This document shows positions 47,885-58,122 of a DNA stretch of 64,000 nt, piece by piece (position 1 is the first letter of the stretch; every line of letters starts with the position of its first letter). This DNA is from Candidatus Spyradocola sp. GTDB lineage: Bacteria; Bacillota; Clostridia; Christensenellales; UBA1750. Below the pieces are notes generated by a model. That model had not been told where the DNA came from, searched no databases, and was given only the letters and a program-made list of their open reading frames with translations. The stretch spans positions 11,345 through 75,344 of the forward strand of contig JAXEXP010000034.1 in NCBI GenBank assembly GCA_034113365.1. Direction: 5' to 3'. The translations under genes were made by a program, and so were the position numbers.

Positions 47885-47945
47885 GGTGCTGGACGGACAC
47901 CTCATCAGTCGCCTGCGGGCGACAGCTTCCCCTCAAGGGGAAGCC
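47885..47945 (-). repeat. Copy R3 of the three-hairpin intergenic repeat (between the oxidoreductase terminator and the activase gene)
   Basis: Plus strand: GGTG-9nt-CACC tcatca GTCGCC-tgcg-GGCGAC ag CTTCCCC-tcaa-GGGGAAG cc. Confidence 0.8.
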
Positions 47946-47971
47946 TAATGAAGCCGCATCCCGTTGTTTTC

Positions 47972-48005
47972 AGCTAAAAAAGGGAGGCACGGCGGCCTCC
48001 CTTTT
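47972..48005 (-). terminator. Intrinsic terminator of the Gfo/Idh/MocA gene
   Basis: Minus strand: AAAAGGGAGGC CGCCGT GCCTCCCTTTT followed by TTAGCTG, giving a run of six U in total. It starts 15 nt past the stop. Confidence 0.8.
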
Positions 48006-48019
48006 GCTGTTATTTGGGT

Positions 48020-49000
48020 TTAGAACTTGACTTCGCGGCGCTCGCGGTCGGCGATGTAGGCGTTCTCCATCAGCGCGGTGAGCATGCGGCCCTCCTGCAC
48101 GCCGTAGCGCACGGGGCCGCCGTAGAGGATGGCCTCGACCCACTGGCGGGTGGGGTGGGGCAAGGCTTCGGGCAGCTTGGGCACGACCCAGCCGTCGGCC
48201 AGGTGCTTCTGGGTGTCCAGGGTCTTGATCTTGATGTCGTTATCGATGGCCAGGATCACGCCCTTGGTGCCGTAGACCTCGAAGATCTGGGGGCACATGG
48301 GCGAGACGAGCGAGGTCTCGGACACGGCGATGGCGCCGTTCTCGAACTCGATGGTGGAGATGGTGTTGTCCTCGACGGCGTGGCCGGTCTTGTTGTTGAA
48401 CATGGACTGGATGCGCGTGGGGTTGCCCAGCATCCACGCGGACAGGTACATAGGATGCGCGCCCAGGTCCATCATCGCGCCGCCGCCGGTGGTCTCGGGG
48501 TCGTACCAGTAGTCGGGCAGCCAGCCGGCCAGCGCGCCGTCGTGGCAGTTGCGGCAGCGCAGCACGGTCACGTCGCCCACCAGGCCGGACTCGATGGCCT
48601 GCTTGATGTAGAGGAACTTCGGCCATGCGCGCTGGGGCAGCGAGATGGTGAAAATGATGTTGTTCTCCTCGACGGCCTTGATGACCTCGTCGCAGTCGGC
48701 GACGGTCAGGCACATCACCTTCTCGGTGTAGATGTGCTTGCCTGCCTTGGCGCACTTGATCATGACGTCCTTGTGCATGTTGGTGGGGGTATCGATGCAG
48801 ACGGCATCGACGTCGGCGCGGGCGAGCAGCGTGTCGAGGTCGGCCTCGAAGTCCACGCCCATCTCATCCGCCCAGGCCTTGCCGCGGATGGGATCCTCGT
48901 CCCAGACGCAGGTGATCTTGACGTCGTCCATCTTGTTGAAATAGCCCGCGTATTCGGTCGCGTGCACATGCCATTTGCTGAGCATTGCCACATGAAGCAT
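48020..49000 (-). CDS. Gfo/Idh/MocA-family oxidoreductase
   Basis: Gfo/Idh/MocA blocks include HIYTEKVMCLT (EKP-like) and a C-terminal dimerisation domain. The N-terminus lacks a clean GxGxxG motif but the overall pattern fits the family. Confidence 0.82.
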   Translation of the reverse strand: MLHVAMLSKWHVHATEYAGYFNKMDDVKITCVWDEDPIRGKAWADEMGVDFEADLDTLLARADVDAVCIDTPTNMHKDVMIKCAKAGKHIYTEKVMCLTVADCDEVIKAVEENNIIFTISLPQRAWPKFLYIKQAIESGLVGDVTVLRCRNCHDGALAGWLPDYWYDPETTGGGAMMDLGAHPMYLSAWMLGNPTRIQSMFNNKTGHAVEDNTISTIEFENGAIAVSETSLVSPMCPQIFEVYGTKGVILAIDNDIKIKTLDTQKHLADGWVVPKLPEALPHPTRQWVEAILYGGPVRYGVQEGRMLTALMENAYIADRERREVKF

Positions 49001-49091
49001 AGTGATGATCTCCTTTTTCCGTTCTGTGGGTTTGCCGGGTCTTTACACGGATATTATCAACGATTTTCGGTGCATTGTCAATAATAAAGAA

Positions 49092-49123
49092 GGGAAGGGA
49101 CGCGAAAATGCGTCCTCTTCCCT
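49092..49123. repeat. Hairpin repeat A, copy 1 (gggaagggacgc-gaaaat-gcgtcctcttccc)
   Basis: An almost identical 32-mer recurs at 49421..49452. Each copy abuts an agcctgtc/gacaggct arm. Confidence 0.75.
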
Positions 49124-49420
49124 CAGCCTGTCAAAAAACAGGCATGTGCTCCTTGGGGATGCATGAAGGGGCCGCAGCCCCTTCATCTTCAATCCGCAGG
49201 CGGGGGCGTGTACCCCGCCGAGGAGCGATTTTCTGTAAGTTAGGAAGAATAAAGATGGATGGCTTCTCTTTTCCATCCGTTTCCAAACCATTTGCAGATG
49301 GAAAATCGCTTCCGATACAGAAAAATTCGTGTGCGGCTAAGCCGTGCGCGAATTTTTCTGCAATTCGAAAAAGATGAGGTTTCATCTTTTTCGAGCCTGT
49401 CGACTTTGTCGACAGGCTAA

Positions 49421-49452
49421 GGGAAGGGGCGCGAAAATGCGTCCTCTTCCCT
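49421..49452. repeat. Hairpin repeat A, copy 2
   Basis: gggaaggggcgcgaaaatgcgtcctcttccc, one mismatch from copy 1. It lies 12 nt past the amidohydrolase stop. Confidence 0.75.
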
Positions 49453-49463
49453 TTGTGTTGGCG

Positions 49464-50375
49464 TCACAGCGGCTTGGGGGCCTGGCCTGCGAAGGCGCGG
49501 AAGTTGTCGGCGGCGATCTTGCGGATGACCGGCTCGGGCAGGTCGAGGCCGCGGGACCAGATGGAGCCGAAGTTCTGCACGGGGCCGCTGCCCAGCATGC
49601 TCAGCGCGAGGGTGAGCGCGTTGGGGCCGTCAAAGGCGTCGCCCATGTCGGTATCGGTGCCCAGCTGGATGCGGTCCTGATACTTGAGGAAGAAATCCCG
49701 CCAGCCGGAGAGGTCGCGCTCGAAGTGCTCGTACATCTCCACGCCGGGGGTGATGTCCAGGCGGACGTTTTCGTAGGTATCCAGTATGCGCTCGGCGTGG
49801 GCGCGGTCGTCGCCGCAGAAGTAGAGGTGCGCAAGGCAGGCGTGGAGCCTGGGATGGCGCTGCAGCACGCGCTCGGTGACGGCGTACAGCTCCTCCAGCG
49901 CAGGGTAGCCGCCGTCGCCGTAGAACCAGCCGCAGCGGAACGCGAACTCGGGCGCCTGATCGCGGTGCCAGAAGGCGGCCGGATCGCCCACGTGCCACAG
50001 CACGGGGGTGCCGGTGCGCTCGAGGTAGTCGAACATGGGGTCAAAGCGCGCGTCGGACAGGTCGACGCCCGTCTCCCTCCAGACGGTGGGCTTGGTCTCG
50101 ATGAGCTTGATGCCATCGGCGCCCCTGTCCAGCCAGTAGCGGACGTGCGCGGCGTAGTCGCCGCAGGGGTGCGTAAGGCCCGCAAAGAAATAGGCGCGGG
50201 TGGGATCGGCGCGCTTGACCGCGAGGCACTGCTCGTTGTTGGTCGCACCGCCGAAGGAGCTCATGCAGGAAAGGCTGAGGATGGCATAGGCGCTGTAGCC
50301 GCGCGCACGGGCGCAGTCGGTAAACCAGTTCTCGGGGAAGTATTTGGTGTGCATGTGGCCGTCGATGATGTTCAC
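49464..50375 (-). CDS. Amidohydrolase-2 type TIM-barrel metal-dependent hydrolase
   Basis: A GTG start at 50375, 10 nt after GGAGG, gives VNIIDGHMH (the HxH metal motif at the N-terminus). Later blocks include PVLWHVGDP and DRIQLGTDTD. The upstream part of the track ORF was discarded. Confidence 0.72.
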   Translation of the reverse strand: MNIIDGHMHTKYFPENWFTDCARARGYSAYAILSLSCMSSFGGATNNEQCLAVKRADPTRAYFFAGLTHPCGDYAAHVRYWLDRGADGIKLIETKPTVWRETGVDLSDARFDPMFDYLERTGTPVLWHVGDPAAFWHRDQAPEFAFRCGWFYGDGGYPALEELYAVTERVLQRHPRLHACLAHLYFCGDDRAHAERILDTYENVRLDITPGVEMYEHFERDLSGWRDFFLKYQDRIQLGTDTDMGDAFDGPNALTLALSMLGSGPVQNFGSIWSRGLDLPEPVIRKIAADNFRAFAGQAPKPL

Positions 50376-50465
50376 GCGCCGTTCACCTCCGAAGATGATA
50401 TTTAGCCTATTATAGCGCCGAAGCGGCGCGATTGCAAGAACAAGCGAATCAAAAGCGCACCATGT

Positions 50466-50510
50466 AACAAAAACGCACAGCTGCGCGCTGAGTGCATGCA
50501 GCTGTGCGTT
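50466..50510 (-). terminator. Intrinsic terminator of the large GH2 gene
   Basis: A 13-bp perfect stem, aacgcacagctgc ... gcagctgtgcgtt. On the minus strand it is followed by TTTTGTTAC (the U-run is five U counting the last stem bases). Confidence 0.85.
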
Positions 50511-50576
50511 CCGTATCATGCGGAGTCTGGGAAAGAGATCAGACGCAAAGGCTTATTGAGGAAAGCTCACACCGGC

Positions 50577-53579
<3,003 letters not shown>

Positions 53580-53654
53580 TCACGCTCTCATTGTGCCATG
53601 CCGCGCGCGCGCCGTCAATGTGACTTTGTACTGTGCGTATGAAATTTTGTTGGG

Positions 53655-53963
53655 TCAGCGGCCGCGCTTCCACTGCGCCGCGCGCCGGAGCCAGCCCAGC
53701 AGCTCCTCGTCCGCCTGCTCCGGGCTCTCCAGCCGCAGATGGTGCGTAAAGCGCCCGGGGTAGGGCTCGGAGACGGCGTACAGGCGCGGGGAGTCGATGC
53801 GCTCATTCAAAAAGATGGAAAGCCCGAGCTTTTTGCTGCTGACCGGGTAGAGCGCGGCATAGGGGTGGCCGCCGCAGCGAAGCGAGATCTGCGATTTCTG
53901 CTGCACGACCTCGGTTTCGGGCAGGGCCTGCAGGATCTTCATCAGGACGGGGCAGGGATCCAT
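53655..53963 (-). CDS. Hypothetical protein (102 aa), possibly DUF5655-like
   Basis: The ATG is 3 nt after the GH43 stop. The composition is ordinary. The family guess is by eye only. Confidence 0.45.
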   Translation of the reverse strand: MDPCPVLMKILQALPETEVVQQKSQISLRCGGHPYAALYPVSSKKLGLSIFLNERIDSPRLYAVSEPYPGRFTHHLRLESPEQADEELLGWLRRAAQWKRGR

Positions 53964-53966
53964 GGA

Positions 53967-55433
53967 TCAGTTCTGCCCCTCGTAGGTAAAGTGCGCAAAG
54001 CGGGCGGGGGCTGCGCATCTGCGGCCGTTGCCGGTGGCGTACAGGCCCAGCATCACGCCGGTAAAGGAGTTGGGCGTGGCCTCGGTGGAGAGGAACTGCG
54101 TAAGGCCCGTGCACAGCGGCTGGCCGTTGCACCAGAAGGTGTAGGTCAGCTTATCCGCCGTGACCTGCAGCGCGACCTCGCCTGCGGGCGCGGGGATGTC
54201 GGCGGCGAGCATCTCCATGTCGCCCACGATGCGGCGCACCTGCACGCGGCGGCCCTGCGCGGTGCGGGTCAGGTACAGCTCATAGTGCGTGCGCAGGTTG
54301 TAGAAGGTGGTGATGCCCGCCTCCTCATGCAGGCGCGGCTCGAAGTCCACGGATGTTTCGCAGCGCATGTCGAAGTGCTGCTGGCGGCGCAGCAGGATGG
54401 TGGGGTTATAGGCGTTCAGGTTCTCGGGCGTGCCGTGGAGCAGCAGGCCGTTTTCGGTGAACTGCACGCGGTCGCCGTTGGGCTCACGCAGCGTGACCCA
54501 CTCCAGGCTCTGGGAGGAGAAGTCGGTGGTGGCGGGGATCTGCGGCACGGGCGCTTCGGGGAGGTTGACGTCGCCCTCGAGCGGGCAGGTGCCGATGTAG
54601 GGGAAGCCGTCCTCCCAAGTGACGGGCGCAAGGTAGGTCTCGCGGCCGAGGTGATGGAAATAGCCCTGCGTCATGCGGAAGGCGAGGAACACGGCGTACC
54701 AGTCGCCATTCTGGGTCTGGACGAGGTCGGCGTGGCCGGTGGCCTGGATGGGCATGTCCATCTGGGTGTTGCGGTTGGTGAGGATGGGGTTGCGGGGGCT
54801 GGGCTCCCAGGGGCCATAGGGCGAGGCGGAGCGCGCGATGGTCTCCATGTGGCCGTACTCGGTGCCGCCCTCGGCGATCATCATGTAGTACATGCCGTTG
54901 ATCTTATACAGGTGCGGCGCTTCGGGGTAGCGGCCGCCCATGCCCGTCCAGGTCTTGACGGTAGGGACGAGCTTAACGCCGGTGGCGGGGTCGATCTCGC
55001 ACAGCGACATGCAGCCGTCGCCGTTGGAGACGAAGTAGACCTTGCCGTCGTCGTCAAAGAACAGCGACGGGTCGATGCCGCCCTGATCGACGTAGATGGG
55101 GTCGCTCCACTCGCCCGCGGGGTCGCTCGCGGTGACGTAGAAATTGCCGCCGCAGGTGACGTTGGTGGTGACCATGTAGAACAGGCCGTCGTGGTAGCGG
55201 ATGGTGGGGGCGTAGATGCCGCCGGAGGGCTCGGCGTCCTGCAGCGGAAGCTGCGAGGGGCGGGTCAGGCAGTGGCCGATCTGCTCCCAGTGCACGAGGT
55301 CGCGGCTGTGGAACACCGGCACGCCGGGGAAGAACTCAAACGTGGAGGTGACCAGATAATAGTCCTCGCCCACGCGGCAGACGCTGGGGTCGGGGTAGAA
55401 GCCGGGGATAATGGGGTTGGTAAAGTGCGTCAT
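53967..55433 (-). CDS. GH43 beta-xylosidase/alpha-L-arabinofuranosidase-like enzyme, no signal peptide
   Basis: NPIIPGFYPDPSVCRVGEDYYLVTSTFEFFPGVPVFHSRDLVHW, APHLYKINGMYYMMIAEGG, and a C-terminal beta-sandwich domain. Confidence 0.9.
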   Translation of the reverse strand: MTHFTNPIIPGFYPDPSVCRVGEDYYLVTSTFEFFPGVPVFHSRDLVHWEQIGHCLTRPSQLPLQDAEPSGGIYAPTIRYHDGLFYMVTTNVTCGGNFYVTASDPAGEWSDPIYVDQGGIDPSLFFDDDGKVYFVSNGDGCMSLCEIDPATGVKLVPTVKTWTGMGGRYPEAPHLYKINGMYYMMIAEGGTEYGHMETIARSASPYGPWEPSPRNPILTNRNTQMDMPIQATGHADLVQTQNGDWYAVFLAFRMTQGYFHHLGRETYLAPVTWEDGFPYIGTCPLEGDVNLPEAPVPQIPATTDFSSQSLEWVTLREPNGDRVQFTENGLLLHGTPENLNAYNPTILLRRQQHFDMRCETSVDFEPRLHEEAGITTFYNLRTHYELYLTRTAQGRRVQVRRIVGDMEMLAADIPAPAGEVALQVTADKLTYTFWCNGQPLCTGLTQFLSTEATPNSFTGVMLGLYATGNGRRCAAPARFAHFTYEGQN

Positions 55434-55452
55434 GGCGTTTTTCCTCCAGTAT

Positions 55453-56034
55453 TTATTTTGCGGTCAGATCGCGGTATTTCTGTTTGTTATTCTCGGTGTA
55501 ATCCACAAGGAGGTCGGGCTTGATGTCCTTGAGCTTGCGGATGACAGCGTCGATGCGCCCGGCCTGCAGGAACACGCCCTGTGTTTTGCCATTTGCCAGT
55601 CCGAAGTGCAGTGCGGGCTGCGAGCCGAACACGTCCTGCTGCCACACCCAGAGCACGTCCTGCGTGCGGGCGGCGAAGTTGACTGCCCCCTCGTGGTAGA
55701 GCACATAGTCTTCCCCCACATAGAAGCCCGAACCCGTCATGCGCTGCTCCAGTGCGCGGCGCGCGGCCTCCGGATCGGCGCTGGATGCGATGAGGTCGCG
55801 GTAGGGCTTTGCCTGTGCGCACGCCAGCATACGATACAGAAGAACCCCTGCGGCGATCAAGCAGAGCAGACCCAGCGCGCTGACCATGTACACGAGCCAT
55901 GCGCCCTCTGCCAGCAGCGCGGTGCGCAGCGGCGGTGCGATCACGATCAGCAGAAGCAGTATTCCCAGCGCGGCAATGCCCAGTGCACGCCCCCGAAGTG
56001 CCTTGACGGCATCCTGTGAAAACCGTTCAAACAT
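55453..56034 (-). CDS. Hypothetical membrane protein (2 TM plus a ~110-aa C-terminal domain)
   Basis: ATG at 56034 lies 7 nt after AAAGGAGGA. TM segments are ALGIAALGILLLLIVIAPPL and WLVYMVSALGLLCLIAAGVLLY. Confidence 0.6.
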   Translation of the reverse strand: MFERFSQDAVKALRGRALGIAALGILLLLIVIAPPLRTALLAEGAWLVYMVSALGLLCLIAAGVLLYRMLACAQAKPYRDLIASSADPEAARRALEQRMTGSGFYVGEDYVLYHEGAVNFAARTQDVLWVWQQDVFGSQPALHFGLANGKTQGVFLQAGRIDAVIRKLKDIKPDLLVDYTENNKQKYRDLTAK

Positions 56035-56047
56035 ATTCATTCCTCCT

Positions 56048-56845
56048 TTAGTCGGCCTGAGCGAGTTTTTCCTCCGACGAAGCAATGTGCGCGCGGATGG
56101 CGGGCTCGTGGCGCTGCACGAAGTCCCAAGCAGATTCCATGAAGACCTCGGGCTGGCCGGGGGTAAAGAGACGGTGCAGGTGGTTAAGCAACGGGGCGCC
56201 GTCCAGCGTCAGGTCGTAAAAATAAGGGTAGATGCAGCCGCCGTTTTCCGGCTCGAAGTAGGGGTCGAGCGCACGGAGGGTGGGGTGGCTGAGGTAGCAT
56301 TCCACCACCATCTCGCTCAGGATCCACTTGAGGTGGGGCGTGTCGTAGTCTGCAGGGCTGTCGTGGAAGTGCTGCTGCCAGACGGAGAACCAGACGAAGT
56401 GCGTCATCTCGTGCAGCGCAATACCCATCGCGCCGCGCTCGCTGTTGCGCCAGAACACGTCGAAGGCGCGCTGGTCGAGGAAGCGGGGGCAGACGCTGTT
56501 CAGCGCGATGCGGCCCTGCATGTCGTTCAGCTGCCCGGACAGGTCGCGGCCGAACAGCTCGGAAAAGGCGTCGTTGATGCGCGGCTCATTGTCCTGCCAA
56601 TGGGTATTGTAGGCGTCGAGCTTTTGATTCAGCTCGGGCAATATGGATTCGTAGGTGGGACGCAGGGTCTGGGCGTAGTAGTCGCGGCGGGCGGGCAGGT
56701 CGAGCGCGTCGGCGCGGGACTTGTCCAGCTCGGAATAGAAATAGAACAGCGAACTGCGCCAGAACTCGCTCTGCTCGCCTGTCTCAAAGAGCATGATGCT
56801 GTCGAGCGAGTAGTCGAAGCCGGGGTTTATGTAGTGAAGGCGCAT
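56048..56845 (-). CDS. Hypothetical cytoplasmic protein with an HExxH motif (putative zinc-dependent hydrolase)
   Basis: Starts at MRLHYINPGF following GGAAAGGAG. The single HEMTH motif lies in GAMGIALHEMTHFVWF. No family recognised. Confidence 0.6.
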   Translation of the reverse strand: MRLHYINPGFDYSLDSIMLFETGEQSEFWRSSLFYFYSELDKSRADALDLPARRDYYAQTLRPTYESILPELNQKLDAYNTHWQDNEPRINDAFSELFGRDLSGQLNDMQGRIALNSVCPRFLDQRAFDVFWRNSERGAMGIALHEMTHFVWFSVWQQHFHDSPADYDTPHLKWILSEMVVECYLSHPTLRALDPYFEPENGGCIYPYFYDLTLDGAPLLNHLHRLFTPGQPEVFMESAWDFVQRHEPAIRAHIASSEEKLAQAD

Positions 56846-56870
56846 GAAAGCTCCTTTCCGGGGGAGTGCG

Positions 56871-57053
56871 GGTGACGGACACCTCATCAGTCGCCTGCGG
56901 GCGACAGCTTCCCACTCCGCACCGAATCAGCCGTTCCGGCTGCTCCGGTGTTCCGGTCGGCTTATTCGGAATAAACAGTCCACAGGACTGTTTATTCCGA
57001 AACGCTCGACCTTCAGGGCTTCGCCCCTCCGGGTGAACCATCAAGGGGAAGCC
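56871..57053 (-). repeat. Copy R4 of the three-hairpin repeat, with a ~127-nt nested palindromic insertion in hairpin 2
   Basis: GGTG-5nt-CACC tcatca GTCGCC-tgcg-GGCGAC ag CTTCCC [56914..57040 insert] tcaa GGGGAAG cc. The insert contains the perfect palindrome ggaataaacagtcc-acag-ggactgtttattcc and the arms ccgaatcagccg/cggcttattcgg. Confidence 0.8.
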
Positions 57054-57098
57054 AAAGGATGCTCATCGCTTTTAGCTGCATAGATTTGGGGTGTGCGG

Positions 57099-58058
57099 TC
57101 AGTATTTCATTTCGCGGTTGACCGCGCCAGGGAGGGGTTTGCCGTTGAGGTAGGCGCGGAGGTTTTCGGCGAACCACTCGGCGTGCTTCTGCTTGCTGGC
57201 GCCAAGGCCGGAAATGTGCGGGGTGATGAGCAGGTTGGGGCAGTCCCACAGGGGATGATCGGCGGGCAGCGGCTCGGGGTCGGTGACGTCCAGGCCGGCG
57301 GCGGCGATGTGGCCGGAGCGCAGGCCCTCCATCAGCGCGTCGGTGTTGAGTATGGAGCCTCTGCCGATGTTGACGATCACCACGCCGTCCTTCATAAGCT
57401 TTACGCGGCGGGCGCCCAGCAGGTTCCTGGTATAGGGCGAGCCGGGCAGGCAGATAAGCACGATGTCGGCGGCGGGCAGCAGCGCGTCCAGGCCGTCGTC
57501 GCCGGTGTAGATGGCCTCGTAGGGGTCAAAGGGGGCGCAGGGGTGCAGCTTGTAGCCCAGCACATGCGCGCCCATCGCCTTGCAGATGCGCGCGGCGTTG
57601 TTGCCGATGTCGCCCGTGCCCAGGACGGCAACGGTCTTGCCGTTGACGTTGCCCAGCATGGGGAAGGCGCGCCACTGCTTGTCCTTCATGTTGTTCACGG
57701 AGGGGCAGATGCCGTGCAGCACCGCCATCAGCAGCGCGATGACATGCTCGCCCACGGCGTCGGCATACACGCCCGCGCCGTTGGAGACGGGGAGGGAGCT
57801 GCCGTGGCAGCGGTCCACCTCGTCGATGTAGCCGTCGATGCCTGCGGAGATGGTGTGGATGTACTTTACGTTTTTTGCCTGGGAAATCTGCGACTTGTCG
57901 CCGTAGTTCATCAGCACTTCGGCCTTTTCCATGATTTTGGCGGGCACCTTTTCGCCGCGGGGGTAGGAATGGATGGTCAGCTCGGGGAACTGCTCCCGCA
58001 GGTAAGCCATGGGGCCGGGGCCGAGGTCGCAACCCACCACACAGATTCTTTCGCTCAT
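57099..58058 (-). CDS. D-isomer-specific 2-hydroxyacid dehydrogenase family protein
   Basis: NAD motif VAVLGTGDIGNNAARI, catalytic-region blocks IVNIGRGSILNTDAL and AAGLDVTDPEPLP, and ITPHISG. Confidence 0.88.
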   Translation of the reverse strand: MSERICVVGCDLGPGPMAYLREQFPELTIHSYPRGEKVPAKIMEKAEVLMNYGDKSQISQAKNVKYIHTISAGIDGYIDEVDRCHGSSLPVSNGAGVYADAVGEHVIALLMAVLHGICPSVNNMKDKQWRAFPMLGNVNGKTVAVLGTGDIGNNAARICKAMGAHVLGYKLHPCAPFDPYEAIYTGDDGLDALLPAADIVLICLPGSPYTRNLLGARRVKLMKDGVVIVNIGRGSILNTDALMEGLRSGHIAAAGLDVTDPEPLPADHPLWDCPNLLITPHISGLGASKQKHAEWFAENLRAYLNGKPLPGAVNREMKY

Positions 58059-58122
58059 GGTTCTGTCCTCCCGTTTTTTATATTTATATAATCTATTTTG
58101 AGGGATGATTTTTTGAAGGGGA

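Noticed and set aside
47885-47945. A hammerhead-ribozyme-like core. In the gene-sense orientation the repeats read hairpin-CUGAUGAGG-hairpin.
   Set aside because: There is no conserved GAAA after the second stem, and no cleavable N-U-H triplet positioned before the first stem (it would be CUG). The divergent copy R1 has CGGAUGAGG, which breaks the invariant U4. The similarity is judged coincidental.
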